This document shows, in pieces, positions 40,601-51,550 of a stretch of 64,000 bases of DNA. Within the stretch, counting starts at the first letter, position 1, and each line of letters starts with the position of its first letter. Under the pieces are notes generated by a model, which did not search any database, was not told the DNA's origin, and saw only the letters and a list, made by a program, of their open reading frames with translations. The stretch spans positions 16,689 through 80,688 of the forward strand of contig CASKJV010000007.1 in NCBI GenBank assembly GCA_949388605.1, given 5' to 3'. Origin of the DNA: an uncultured Clostridia bacterium. GTDB lineage: Bacteria > Bacillota > Clostridia > TANB77 > CAG-508. Both the position numbers and the translations under genes were made by a program.

Positions 40601-41219
40601 TTTTTAAAGGTCCTATATTGTTTTCAATTTCTGAAATAATATCATTTATTCTTAATAAATTAAGTTTTACTTGTTCTAATTTTCTTTCAGACTCAACTTT
40701 TCTAGTTCTATATTTTACTATTCCAGCAGCTTCTTCAAATATACGTCTTCTATCTTCAGATTTATTACTTAGTATTTCATCAATCTTTCCTTGTCCAATT
40801 ATAGAATAACCATCTTTTCCTATACCAGTATCCATAAATAGTTCTAAAACATCTTTCAATCTACAAGGAGTTTTATTAATAAAGTATCCGCTTTCTCCAC
40901 TTCTATAGATTCTTCTTGTAACTATTACTTCATTATATTCAATAGGTAATTTTGAATCAGAATTATCTATTACAATAGATGCTTCTGCATATCCTAAAGA
41001 TTTTCTATTCTGAGTTCCAGCAAAAATTATATCTTCAGATTTTGCACCTCTTAAAGATTTCATACTTTGCTCTCCTAGTACCCATCTAATACAATCTGAT
41101 ATATTACTTTTTCCTGATCCATTTGGTCCAATTACTGTTGTAATTCCTGGCATAAATTCTAAAACTGTTTTATCAGCAAAAGATTTAAAGCCATGCATTT
41201 CTAGTCTTTTTAAAAACAT
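37670..41219 (-). pseudogene. smc: Chromosome segregation protein SMC. Continuous except for one extra C, which splits it into a 587-aa ORF and a long start-less ORF.
   Basis: Walker A GPNGSGKSN; C-terminal LSGGERAFTAIALLFA...VLDEIEAALD. Manual translation shows ...LRDNKI, an extra C, then GRASFLPISSVKGQ... running without stops to 37670. Confidence 0.9.
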
Positions 41220-41485
41220 ATTTTATTTCCTCTTTTACAAAAAATCATTTATATAATATTATACATTCACATTTTTTTCAAGCACTTTTTAGTATTAGTA
41301 TATACTATAATTGCTAATAATAAATTTCTGTTTTATTATTACTATTTATAAATTGTAACAATAATTATAAATTACTTGACCAAAAAAATATTAAGATATA
41401 AAATAAATTAGTATATAATACTTTATAATATATTTAAAAATTTAAACTAAAATATTTTTTCAAAAATAATAAATAAGGAGTTTTA

Positions 41486-42427
41486 ATGAAAGAACAATTT
41501 GATTTTTATAATAGTACTTCTCTAAAATCTTATAACTTAGACGAAACTATACGTTATCAATTAAAAATGTTGGATGGATTAGATAACATTACTCGAAAAC
41601 ATTCTGATAATGTTGCTAATATTTCATGTAGACTGTGCGAAATACTTCGTTTATCAGAAGGATTTACTATCTATACAACAACCTGTGCATATCTTCACGA
41701 TATTGGTAAAATTTTCATTCCACCTTCAGTACTTCAGAAACCTTCAAAATTGACTGATGAAGAATATGAAATAATGAAAACACATACTACTATTGGATAT
41801 GAAATTTGTATGAAAGATTTAAAATTACGACCATATGCCGCAGGTGCTTTATATCATCATGAAGCATTAGATGGAACTGGTTATCCTAATGGAATATTAG
41901 GAAATAAAATACCATACGAAGCTCAAATTATAAGAGTTGCTGATGAATTTGAAGCCATTACTGCCAAACGTCAATATAAAACTCACATTGGTATTATTGA
42001 TGCTCTAAATATATTAATTGACCATGCTCATCCTACTAATCCAAAATCTATATCAGATACTGCTAGAATATTTAAAACTGGTGGAGTTGGAAAAATAGAT
42101 AAAAAAATTCTAAAAGCATTATTTAAAGTAGTAATTTATGATACTGAATATGAAATATATGCTAGAGAAGACTATGTAAAATTCTTAAAGAAAGAAATTT
42201 CAAGACTTAGTGGTACAAAAAAATATTATGATAGAATGATGGCTGCTAGTACCCCTGAGAAAAAACAATATTATATAGAAGAAGCCAAATATTATTTAAA
42301 ACCACAAGAACAACTTGATAAAGTTCCTCAAATGATTCAAGAATTAGAAACAGCATACACAGAAAGGAAAAAACATATTCAAAAATTACATGATGAAATT
42401 CGTCAAATAAAAAAATTAACTGTATAA
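41486..42427 (+). CDS. HD-GYP domain protein (putative cyclic-di-nucleotide phosphodiesterase)
   Basis: YLHDIGKIFIP, HTTIGYEI, HHEALDGTGYPNG. Confidence 0.8.
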   Translation: MKEQFDFYNSTSLKSYNLDETIRYQLKMLDGLDNITRKHSDNVANISCRLCEILRLSEGFTIYTTTCAYLHDIGKIFIPPSVLQKPSKLTDEEYEIMKTHTTIGYEICMKDLKLRPYAAGALYHHEALDGTGYPNGILGNKIPYEAQIIRVADEFEAITAKRQYKTHIGIIDALNILIDHAHPTNPKSISDTARIFKTGGVGKIDKKILKALFKVVIYDTEYEIYAREDYVKFLKKEISRLSGTKKYYDRMMAASTPEKKQYYIEEAKYYLKPQEQLDKVPQMIQELETAYTERKKHIQKLHDEIRQIKKLTV

Positions 42428-42621
42428 TATTATTTAAAAACTTTATATTGTGTAACAGCTAAATTATTTACTATAGAACAAACAATAATTTACTTTTCTG
42501 TTAACACAAAAAAACGTGTAACTTTTAGTTACACGTTTTTATATTATATAAAGTCTTTGGCAGATTTAATCACAGTTTTAATATCAAAATCATATTATGA
42601 AAATCTCTTTGTTGTAAAATT

Positions 42622-44058
42622 TTAATATTGTCTTCCCCATATAACCATTTTTGTAGCTTTCTTTCCACAAACTGGGCATATATCTGCTAATTGTTCTTGC
42701 TCAAATGGCATACATCTTGAGTGAGCTCCTGTAACTTCTTTTACTTTATCTTCACAAGCTACATCACCACACCACATTGTTTTTATGAATCCTTGATTTT
42801 TTTCTAAACTTTCTAACATTTCATCTAAAGTATATGCAATTGTTGTTTTTTCTTCCATTCTTTTTAAACATTCATTAAACATGCTATTTTGAATTTCTTC
42901 TAATAGAGTACCTAATCTTTCATTTAAATTTGAAAGTTCTACAATCTCTTTTTCTCCATTATCACGTCTTACTAAAACTGCTTGATTATTTTCTAAATCT
43001 CTTGGACCAATTTCAATTCTAACTGGTACTCCTCTCATTTCCCAGTCATTATATTTAAATCCTGTAGAATAATTATCTCTATCATCTAATTTCATTCTAT
43101 AGTTTTTATTTAAATTATTATAAATACTTGTTACTTTTTCTAAAACACCTTCTTTATGTTGTGCAATTGGAACTATAACTGCTTGAATTGGAGCTACTTT
43201 TGGTGGTAATTTTAATCCTCTGTTATCTCCATGTGCCATAATTAATGCTCCAATTAATCTTGTACTAATTCCCCAAGAAGTTTGATAAGCATATTCTTCT
43301 TTTCCTTCTCTATTTTGAAATTTTATTTCAAAAGGTTTGGTAAAGTTTTGACCAAAATAATGAGAAGTTCCAGCTTGTAATGCTCTTCCATCATAAGTCA
43401 TTGTTTCTACTGTATATGTACTATCTGCTCCTGCAAATTGTTCTTTTGGAGTTTTTCTTCCCTTTAATACTGGAATTGCTAATAATTTTTCTATAACATC
43501 TGAATATATATTAAGCATCATTTTTGTTCTTTCTTCTGCCTCTTTAGCAGTTTCATGAACAGTATGGCCTTCTTGCCATAAAAACTCTCTTGAACGTAAA
43601 AATGGTCTTGTTTCTTTTTCCCATCTTAATACATTACACCATTGATTTCCTAATATTGGTAAATCTCTCCAAGATTTTACCCATTTTGAATACATTGTTG
43701 ATATTATAGTTTCTGAAGTTGGTCTTATACAAAGGCGTTCTTGAAGTTTATCTTCTCCTCCCATAGTAACCCAAGCTACTTCTGGTGCAAAACCCTCAAC
43801 ATGATCCTTTTCTTTTTGCAACATGCTTTCAGGTATAAGAATTGGCATATAAAAATTAGTTACACCTACTTCTTTGAATTTTTGATCTGTATATTTTTGT
43901 ATATTTTCCCAAATTGCATAACCATAAGGTCTTATAGCTATACACCCTTTTGTATCTGTATAATCTGCAAGTTCAGCTTTTCTTACAACATCTGTATACC
44001 ATTGTACACAATCATCATCTATATTTGTTATTTCTTTTACAAATTCTTCTTTTCCCAT
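42622..44058 (-). CDS. proS: Proline--tRNA ligase (archaeal/eukaryote-like type)
   Basis: [14 protein letters not shown]..., 478 aa, with a C-terminal zinc-binding CPVCGK. Confidence 0.9.
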   Translation of the reverse strand: MGKEEFVKEITNIDDDCVQWYTDVVRKAELADYTDTKGCIAIRPYGYAIWENIQKYTDQKFKEVGVTNFYMPILIPESMLQKEKDHVEGFAPEVAWVTMGGEDKLQERLCIRPTSETIISTMYSKWVKSWRDLPILGNQWCNVLRWEKETRPFLRSREFLWQEGHTVHETAKEAEERTKMMLNIYSDVIEKLLAIPVLKGRKTPKEQFAGADSTYTVETMTYDGRALQAGTSHYFGQNFTKPFEIKFQNREGKEEYAYQTSWGISTRLIGALIMAHGDNRGLKLPPKVAPIQAVIVPIAQHKEGVLEKVTSIYNNLNKNYRMKLDDRDNYSTGFKYNDWEMRGVPVRIEIGPRDLENNQAVLVRRDNGEKEIVELSNLNERLGTLLEEIQNSMFNECLKRMEEKTTIAYTLDEMLESLEKNQGFIKTMWCGDVACEDKVKEVTGAHSRCMPFEQEQLADICPVCGKKATKMVIWGRQY

Positions 44059-44115
44059 AATTTAACCTCCAATTTATATATAATATTTTTGTATTATATA
44101 TATGATATTTTATTC

Positions 44116-44724
44116 TTAATTATTTTCCTTATTTTCAATATCTTCGTCTTCCCTTTCGGGCATTGGAGCCTCCATTACTTCATCTATAACAATTTGTTCA
44201 TTTTCATCTAATTTATATCTAGGTAATTCTGGTAATTCTTCTAAACTAGATATTCCAAACATTTTCATAAAATTATTTGTAACTTTATATATATTTGGCC
44301 TACCTGGAGCATCAAGTTTTCCAGCTTCTTCTATTAAGTCATACTCTAGTAATTTATATACTGTACCATCAGAATTAACACCACGAATTGCTTCTATTTC
44401 TGCTCTGGTAATATTAGGATTATATGCAATAATAGCTAAAGTTTCTAAAGCAGCATTAGAAATATTAGGTTTTGATCTATTATCAAATAATGGATAAATA
44501 TATTCATAATATTCTTTTCGTGTACACAATTGATATGAATCGTTTACTTTAATAATCTCAATACCACTATTTCTAGAATCATATTCAGATTTAAGATTTA
44601 GAATTATTCTATCTATATCATCTGCACCTAGTTCTAAAACATTCATAAGTTCTTTTATATTTACTTCTCTTCCAGCTGCAAAAAGCATAGATTCAATTAT
44701 TGCTTGTTCTTTGCTAAGTTTCAT
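44116..44724 (-). CDS. scpB: Segregation and condensation protein B
   Basis: IIESMLFAAGREVNIKEL...ALETLAIIAYNPNITRAEIEAIRGVNSDG. Confidence 0.9.
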   Translation of the reverse strand: MKLSKEQAIIESMLFAAGREVNIKELMNVLELGADDIDRIILNLKSEYDSRNSGIEIIKVNDSYQLCTRKEYYEYIYPLFDNRSKPNISNAALETLAIIAYNPNITRAEIEAIRGVNSDGTVYKLLEYDLIEEAGKLDAPGRPNIYKVTNNFMKMFGISSLEELPELPRYKLDENEQIVIDEVMEAPMPEREDEDIENKENN

Positions 44725-45005
44725 ATTTTACTCCTATAAATTTAATTGCATATAAAGTTTTGTACAATTTCTTTAAAACACTATTTTTATATTCTTATAT
44801 TATTACATGAAATTACATTATTGTCAACAACAAATTCCTTGTAAACGCTGATATTTCATATATTTAAGGCTACTCTTTAAAGCTTAAATATTAACATCCA
44901 ACATTTTATAATCATTGTGAATTATTATTTAATTTGTTATTTTCATTTTTTAAATAATATGATATAAATTTATAGAACAATTATCTTAATTTTAGGAGTA
45001 AAAAA

Positions 45006-45929
45006 ATGGACAAACCAAAAAACTTTTTTAAAGACCACTGTTTTGCACTTATATATATGTTAATTATTATCTCGTTCACAATTTTTGTAATTCTTGATGC
45101 ATTAGTTCTGGAAAAAAATATTATTGAAGTTAATGGAAATATATTTAATCAAGAAGAATATGATAATACTGAAAAAATAATTCAAGATAATAAATATGAA
45201 GACAAAAATATATCTATTAATATAAAACATGATAGAAAGTACGATTCAGAATTATATGTAGTAGATATTAAATTGAGTAATATAAAATATTTAAAATCAG
45301 CTTTTGCTTCAAATAAATTTGGTAGAAATGTAGAAGAACCTACATCTCAAATAGCAAAAAATTCTAATGCCATTTTTGCTGTAAATGGTGACTTTTATGG
45401 ATTTAGAGACTATGGTTTTGTTTTAAGAAATAGCATTACATATAGAAATACAGCAAGACCTACTGGTAGAGATGATGGATTAATAATATATGATGATGGT
45501 AGTTTCAAAATGATCGAAGAAAGAAAAACCACTTTGGAACAAGAAATCATTGAAGCACAAAAAGAAAATAAAAATATTTATCAAGTATATACATTTGGTC
45601 CAAAACTAATTGAAAATAGTAAAATAACTAAAAATGAAGATGATCAAAATGAAGATGGAACAAAAGATGAAACAAGAAATCCTAGAACAGCAATTGGATT
45701 AATAGAACCATTACATTATATTATTCTTTGTGCAGATGGAAGAAGTGATGAAAGTGCAGGTATAACAATGTCTGAGCTAGCAGAGTATATGTTAAGCTTA
45801 GGTTGTAAAAATGCCTATAATCTAGATGGTGGAAGTTCTTCAACTATGTACTTTAATGGACAAGTAATAAATAAACCATCACCTGGATATGAGAGAGGAG
45901 TGAGTGATATTGTCTACATCGGATATTAA
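45006..45929 (+). CDS. Phosphodiester glycosidase (NAGPA/DUF2233) family protein, membrane anchored
   Basis: AVNGDFYGFR, PRTAIGL, NLDGGSSSTM. Confidence 0.7.
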   Translation: MDKPKNFFKDHCFALIYMLIIISFTIFVILDALVLEKNIIEVNGNIFNQEEYDNTEKIIQDNKYEDKNISINIKHDRKYDSELYVVDIKLSNIKYLKSAFASNKFGRNVEEPTSQIAKNSNAIFAVNGDFYGFRDYGFVLRNSITYRNTARPTGRDDGLIIYDDGSFKMIEERKTTLEQEIIEAQKENKNIYQVYTFGPKLIENSKITKNEDDQNEDGTKDETRNPRTAIGLIEPLHYIILCADGRSDESAGITMSELAEYMLSLGCKNAYNLDGGSSSTMYFNGQVINKPSPGYERGVSDIVYIGY

Positions 45930-46299
45930 AGAGAAATCAATAAAAAAAACAATATTAATATATATATTAATATCAATTATATGCTTCATATTTAGTTTTA
46001 TCTATTTAAAATTAAGTTTTGGAGTAAATTCTAATTACATGAAATACTTAGCTTTTATTCCTCTTATTTTAGGAACAATTCCTTATTTTATTATAAGTAA
46101 ATTACATTTAAATTATAATAAAGTATTCTATAATTTATACAATGCTGGAGTCTGTACTTTTACTATCGGAAGTGCAGTTCAAGGAATATTGGAAATTTGT
46201 GGTGCTCATTCTTTTTATACAAAATTATATTTAATTGCAGGAATATTATTAATTATTATATCAATTTTTAGTTTAGTTATAAAAAGTAATAGGAAATAA
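45904..46299 (+). CDS. Hypothetical membrane protein (start uncertain)
   Basis: Four hydrophobic helices; overlaps the upstream gene by 26 nt. Confidence 0.4.
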   Translation: MILSTSDIKEKSIKKTILIYILISIICFIFSFIYLKLSFGVNSNYMKYLAFIPLILGTIPYFIISKLHLNYNKVFYNLYNAGVCTFTIGSAVQGILEICGAHSFYTKLYLIAGILLIIISIFSLVIKSNRK

Positions 46300-46351
46300 T
46301 AAAATAGCCATTATTTCGGCTCCACTTATTATAAACTATGCATAATTTATC

Positions 46352-46432
46352 TGTACAAAGTAAAATTGTCTGCAAAAGCTGGCGTAAGCCTTTATTTAGT
46401 AGGAAAGTCCAGATGAATTTCTACTAAATAAA
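46352..46432 (+). repeat. Partial (3' half) copy of the repeat family
   Basis: GTACAAAGTAAAATTGTCTGCAAAAGCTGGCGTAAGCCTTTATTTAGTAGGAAAGTCCAGATGAATTTCTACTAAAT. Confidence 0.8.
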
Positions 46433-46476
46433 ACCAACCCCAAAATGCTAATCTACTAACATTTTGGGGCATTCTT

Positions 46477-47556
46477 TTATATATGTTTTCTATTTTTAAA
46501 TATAAATAATTTTTGTATTATATAATTATTTATAAAAATAATTAACTCAACTAATAATTTTGAAAGTTTTAAATTAAAAGAAAATTTTACTGCTAATATA
46601 TCTAGTAATATATAATTTACAATTAATACAAATATTACTAACAAATAATATTTTATAAACGAAATAAGAATATTAGATTTATCTCTAAATACTATGTTTC
46701 TATTGAATAAAAAATTAAATAAGGAACTTACAGTTCTTGCAAATACTACACTTATTAGCAATGATATATCTTCGCTAAATGAGCTTTTAACACATTTATA
46801 TATTGTAATTAATAACAAAAAATCTATAAAAAAAGATATTATAGCAGAAAGTGTATACAATATACCTGTAAAACAATTTGAATTTTTCAATATACATTTA
46901 TATATTTTAAAAGAATCTTTTATAACATTAAAACTTGATGATTTATTATTATTTAAATATATTGTTTCAATTGGTATTTCTTTAATTTTAAAACTATTTT
47001 GAGTACAATATAGTAACATATTTATTTCATATTCATATCTCTGCCCTTCAATAGTTAATAAATCTTTTAAATATTTAAATGGAATCCCTCTTAATCCTGT
47101 TTGTGTATCAAATACATCTGTTTTCGTAGCAAATTTAAATACAATTCTTGTTAAACAATTCCCTAATTTACTTCTAAATAGCATTTTATCTGTATCTAAT
47201 CTACTTCCCAATATAATAGAATTTTCATTACCGCTTAAATTTTCAACAACTTTTATTATATCTTTTAAAATATGTTGACCATCCGCATCTACTGTAATAA
47301 CTCCAATGCAAGATATATTATTTATAATATATTCAAAACCAGTTTTTAATGCTTGCCCTTTTCCCATATTTTGTTCATGTTTCAAAAGAATAATATTTTT
47401 ATTAAGTTTATTAAATATATCTATGCTTTCATTATTGCTTCCATCATTTACAACTATAACTTTAAAATCCCTTTTTACAAGATTATCTACAATTTCAATC
47501 AAGTCTATTGTAGGATTATATGCAGGAATTAAAATAGCAATATCATTATTATTCAT
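46477..47556 (-). CDS. Glycosyltransferase family 2 fused to a GtrA-like membrane domain
   Basis: IAILIPAYNPT...VVNDGS...TVDADGQH; C-terminal RTVSSLFNFLFNRNIVF. Confidence 0.85.
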   Translation of the reverse strand: MNNNDIAILIPAYNPTIDLIEIVDNLVKRDFKVIVVNDGSNNESIDIFNKLNKNIILLKHEQNMGKGQALKTGFEYIINNISCIGVITVDADGQHILKDIIKVVENLSGNENSIILGSRLDTDKMLFRSKLGNCLTRIVFKFATKTDVFDTQTGLRGIPFKYLKDLLTIEGQRYEYEINMLLYCTQNSFKIKEIPIETIYLNNNKSSSFNVIKDSFKIYKCILKNSNCFTGILYTLSAIISFFIDFLLLITIYKCVKSSFSEDISLLISVVFARTVSSLFNFLFNRNIVFRDKSNILISFIKYYLLVIFVLIVNYILLDILAVKFSFNLKLSKLLVELIIFINNYIIQKLFIFKNRKHI

Positions 47557-47586
47557 AAAACGTTCTCCTTATACATTTTTTCCGCA

Positions 47587-47631
47587 GGGGTTCTATTATA
47601 AGAATTGTAGGTCAACTTCCTATAATAGAAC
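47587..47631. repeat. Hairpin-core copy of the repeat family in the leader of the GT2/GtrA gene
   Basis: GGGGTTCTATTATAAGAATTGTAGGTCAACTTCCTATAATAGAAC, preceded by TTTTTCCGCAGGGG. Confidence 0.75.
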
Positions 47632-47774
47632 AAAAGAGCTATTTTTAGCATTCTCAAGCACTTTAATATTTTTAAGTGACTTGTATTTGTTCTCTGGGCT
47701 GGTTTTTTTATAAAAAATCAACTCTACTCATTAATATATTTTCATAGTGTGATATAAATAATGTTTCACTTTCA

Positions 47775-48434
47775 TTATTTAATTTCATTTGTTTGTTTTT
47801 TATTATCTATTACAACTTTTTTTATTGTATTTGTATATATAATCAAATATGATATTGCTACAAGAAATCCAGCAATAACGTCACTCGTATAATGAACGCC
47901 TAAATAAATTCTACTAATTCCTATACTTACTATCAGTATACTCAAAAAAACAATTAAACTTATTTTTATATATTTATTTTTAATCTTTTTATAAATTAAA
48001 TATATTAAATATCCATAAAAAGCCATACTTACCATTGAATGTCCTGATGGCAAACTATAGCCACTTTCATCTATAATTCTAAATTCTGTTGGTCTTGGTC
48101 TGTGCAATATTTGTTTTAAAGTATAATTTGTAAATGTTGATATACTTAAATTTAATAAAATACTTATTCCTATTTTTCTATTTCTAATTATAAATAATAA
48201 AAATATAGTAAATCCTACAAACCAATATGGTCCTCCAAAATTCGTAATAAATTTCGCAATAGGTGTCATAACATCTGATATTAGATGTAGTGAAATAAAT
48301 TTATAGCATTTAGTATCAAAGATCATAATATCTGAATCCATAACATCTTCTACTAGAAATATAAAACTAATTACACAAATAAATAAAATTATCCATTTCC
48401 AATTTTCTAATAAAAATTTTTTTAATCTTTCCAT
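47775..48434 (-). CDS. PAP2-family phosphatase (undecaprenyl-diphosphatase-like)
   Basis: KQILHRPRP, PSGHSM, SRIYLGVHYTSDV. Confidence 0.85.
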   Translation of the reverse strand: MERLKKFLLENWKWIILFICVISFIFLVEDVMDSDIMIFDTKCYKFISLHLISDVMTPIAKFITNFGGPYWFVGFTIFLLFIIRNRKIGISILLNLSISTFTNYTLKQILHRPRPTEFRIIDESGYSLPSGHSMVSMAFYGYLIYLIYKKIKNKYIKISLIVFLSILIVSIGISRIYLGVHYTSDVIAGFLVAISYLIIYTNTIKKVVIDNKKQTNEIK

Positions 48435-49035
48435 ATATTATTTCCTTTTAATTATCTTTATTTTTCATTTTTTCTATTTTTGATTTGTTTGAAATTTATA
48501 TATTTTTTGAATAATATATACCAATATTTTGAACAATTAATAAGTTATCGCTAAAATTATAACATTATTTCTACAAAAAGTATATTAAAATAATTATATA
48601 AAAATTCATAAATATAGCTTAAGCGTTTTATCATTAATACTATTAAATCAATAATTTTAAAACATATTATTAATTTTTAACACAAAATATAATTCACTAT
48701 TAATATAATTTAAATTTTGTAGTCTCCTTATTAAGTGAATATAAATACTTTATTAAGAAGAAAAATTAAGAATGAAAATGGAGACAATTAATTGTTTACT
48801 AAGTGCATTTGTCATATCAATATTATTTATAATGTTAAGTCTAAATACACTTTAATAGATGTTCTTAAAGCAAACCTCACAAAGTTTGCAAAGACTAGTA
48901 ATACCTAACCTTTTACTATATAATCTAGGAGAAAGTTTAGAAAGAATTATAACTATAAATAATTATATATAATTTGTTATAATTATTTATAGTTATATAA
49001 TTTATTATTTTATAAAGATAAAATGTAATTAGTAT

Positions 49036-49803
49036 CTATCTAATTACATCTTTTAAAACCTTATTAAATTGTTCTGGTGTGTCCATATTAACTATATGTC
49101 CTGCCCCAGAAAATTCTATATATTTACTATCTGGCTCTGATTCATGCCAAATAGCGGATGCTTTTTTTGCCATATCATTATCATATTTGCCAACTCCAAT
49201 TAAAAGTGGATAATCCCTTTTTGGTGTTTTATATTTATTAACTAATTTATAAAGTGTTGCAAAATATCTAAATGAACTCTTTTTAAATTTCAAATTCATC
49301 TGGAAAAACTTCTCTTGTGCTTCATTTGTATATGCTGATATTTTTTTATTATCTTCAGCAAATGCCCTTATAGAAAACATTGCCTTTAACATCATTTTCA
49401 TTTGTTGTTTTGTATTACCTTTTTGTAAAGCTTTATCGAAATTATTATTATCATATCCACCTATACAAGTTAGAGAAGATACTTTGCTTGGATATTTATT
49501 TGCAAAATCTTGAACCAATACTGCTCCAATAGATACTCCTACTAAATTGATTTTATCAATTTTTTCTATTTCCATAATTTGATTTATATATAAAGCAGTA
49601 TCTTCGATTGTTCCTTTTCCTATTGACTTACCATGTCCTATTAAATCTATTGTGATAATTCTATAATTTCTAAAGTAATCTAATTGAGAATCAAAACAAG
49701 TATGATTTCCAAAAGCAGGGTGAATAAATATTATTGCACTTCCAGCTTTGGTATCATTAATCCAATAGTGAATTGAAGTATTTTTTAGTTTCTTTTCAGT
49801 CAT
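49036..49803 (-). CDS. Alpha/beta hydrolase
   Basis: IFIHPAFGNH, nucleophile elbow GVSIGA, C-terminal GAGHIVN. Confidence 0.8.
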   Translation of the reverse strand: MTEKKLKNTSIHYWINDTKAGSAIIFIHPAFGNHTCFDSQLDYFRNYRIITIDLIGHGKSIGKGTIEDTALYINQIMEIEKIDKINLVGVSIGAVLVQDFANKYPSKVSSLTCIGGYDNNNFDKALQKGNTKQQMKMMLKAMFSIRAFAEDNKKISAYTNEAQEKFFQMNLKFKKSSFRYFATLYKLVNKYKTPKRDYPLLIGVGKYDNDMAKKASAIWHESEPDSKYIEFSGAGHIVNMDTPEQFNKVLKDVIR

Positions 49804-49905
49804 AACAATTAACTCCTTTTTATTAATTTCATTATATTGTTTATATAAAAAACTCAGCTAATAGTTAGTTTTGTTTTAGCTTCTTTAATAAATTGTAATT
49901 TATTA

Positions 49906-50034
49906 TTATCCTAACCAACCATTATAAAATGCTATAACTCCTAAAATTACTCCTATAACCATTGCTACTAATGTTGTAACTATTCGTATTGGATTCTCCT
50001 TAAATAATTTCACTAATTCTTTTAAATCTTTCAT
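49906..50034 (-). CDS. 42-aa single-pass membrane peptide (not in the ORF track)
   Basis: SD AGGAGA 8 nt before the ATG; MKDLKELVKLFKENPIRIVTTLVAMVIGVILGVIAFYNGWLG. Confidence 0.4.
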   Translation of the reverse strand: MKDLKELVKLFKENPIRIVTTLVAMVIGVILGVIAFYNGWLG

Positions 50035-50313
50035 TTCTATTTTCTCCTATTCAATAAATTTTCTATTTTCTTTAAATCCATAATATATTATCTCACTTTC
50101 AAATTAACATTTGACCAATAATATTATATCATAAACTTCCATTGAAAAATATGATTTTGAATAAAAGTATATATCGCACAGCTTAGCTATAGGTATGCCT
50201 AAACGTTTTTTTACAACTCATATCTCAATGTATATGATAATCTATAAACAGATTTGAAAATAAAACTTTATATTTTCATTGACTTAAAATATAATTACAC
50301 ATATAATACTACA

Positions 50314-50383
50314 GCGGAAAATTTCTAAATATTTTTCGGTTATTGATGTAGGTTGAAGTAATTATAATTACTTCAATTTTTTT
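50314..50383 (+). ncRNA. Candidate small RNA of about 70 nt (orphan promoter plus terminator)
   Basis: TTGACT (50279-50284)-17 nt-TATAAT (50302-50307). Terminator TTGAAGTAATT-ATA-AATTACTTCAA plus T6 at 50353-50383. No ORF. Confidence 0.4.
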
Positions 50384-50436
50384 GTGCTATTATGAATATC
50401 TATATAATTATAATAAACTAAGTTGGGAAATAAAAA

Positions 50437-50472
50437 ATACTGTAGAATTTCATTTTCTGAAATTCTACAGTA
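50437..50472 (-). terminator. tRNA-Met terminator
   Basis: ACTGTAGAATTTC...GAAATTCTACAGT stem, with a T-run on the minus strand. Confidence 0.7.
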
Positions 50473-50482
50473 TAAATGCTTT

Positions 50483-50559
50483 TGGTAGCGACGGTGGGAC
50501 TTGAACCTACGACCTGCCGGGTATGAACCGGATGCTCTAGCCAACTGAGCTACGTCGCC
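50483..50559 (-). tRNA. tRNA with a CAT anticodon (Met, or Ile2 if lysidinylated), CCA encoded
   Basis: 77-nt cloverleaf GGCGACGTAGCTCAGTTGGCTAGAGC...TTCATAC...GGTTCAAGTCC...CGTCGCTACCA. Confidence 0.85.
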
Positions 50560-50714
50560 ATAACTAAAGCAAGTACTATTATAATAGTATTATTACAATT
50601 TGTCAAGAATTATATTACAAAAAATCAATTTTTTAAAAATTTATATTTAGTTATAAAAAGAATAATATTTAAAAACAATAATAATATTTTTGTTTTTATT
50701 ATTGTTATTTATGT

Positions 50715-51293
50715 TTAAGAAAGTTCCTTAATTTTTCTATAAATATCATACCAACTAAATACTCTAACCATATTTTTAACATTTAAATCTCTATTATATC
50801 TATTATCAAAACAAAATGCTGTTGCAAATTTGGCAATTTCAGAAATCACACCTGGAGCATCATCAATCATTATATCTATATTATTTTCAATCACTTCTTT
50901 ATTTTTTGGAAAATGAGCATAACATATTTTATCATAAATAATATTATTACTATTTAACCAATTAACAGTATCTTGTCTCATTTGATTACCCAATTCTGAA
51001 TCTTCTTGTGTTTTATATCTCCCTGTTATAATAATTATTTTATGTCCTTCATCATGTAATTTTTTTATTATTTCTGATGCATACGCTCTTACAGGTGCTG
51101 TTTTTATATAATAAAAAAAATATTTTTTTCTGTAATCTTCGTATATATCTGAAGTCCAATTACATTTTTTTTCATAACTATATGGGTTATCTATATTAGG
51201 CAATTCATTTTCATAACAATATTTTGCCATATTATCTAATCTATAAGTATCATCATCTATTAGTACACCATCTATATCTATTCCAATTATCAT
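50715..51293 (-). CDS. HAD-superfamily hydrolase, 5'(3')-deoxyribonucleotidase-like
   Basis: HAD motif I IGIDIDGVL; ITGR; IMIDD. Confidence 0.5.
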   Translation of the reverse strand: MIIGIDIDGVLIDDDTYRLDNMAKYCYENELPNIDNPYSYEKKCNWTSDIYEDYRKKYFFYYIKTAPVRAYASEIIKKLHDEGHKIIIITGRYKTQEDSELGNQMRQDTVNWLNSNNIIYDKICYAHFPKNKEVIENNIDIMIDDAPGVISEIAKFATAFCFDNRYNRDLNVKNMVRVFSWYDIYRKIKELS

Positions 51294-51550
51294 ATTTTTT
51301 CTCCTAATTGTATTTTTTATTAATATAATGTATTAAAATTTGCAGTTAAAATATATCATATAAACATATACTAGTAAATCATTTTTGGTAAAATTTAAAT
51401 AAATAATATTAGTAGTTTGAAACAGTATATTTACGATATAAAATATTTTTTGTATATAGAATTTTTTCTCAGTTTCTATTATAAAAACAAAAATAGAGCT
51501 AATAAAATTTTTTATTTTATAGCTCTATTAATAATTTTTTATTTCCATTA

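Noticed and set aside
48772-48855. 27-aa hydrophobic micro-ORF (MKMETINCLLSAFVISILFIMLSLNTL) in a 600-bp AT-rich intergenic region; a possible type I toxin or AgrD-like peptide.
   Set aside because: There is no convincing SD and no flanking promoter or antisense RNA signature that I could see. Chance ORFs of this size are frequent in AT-rich DNA.
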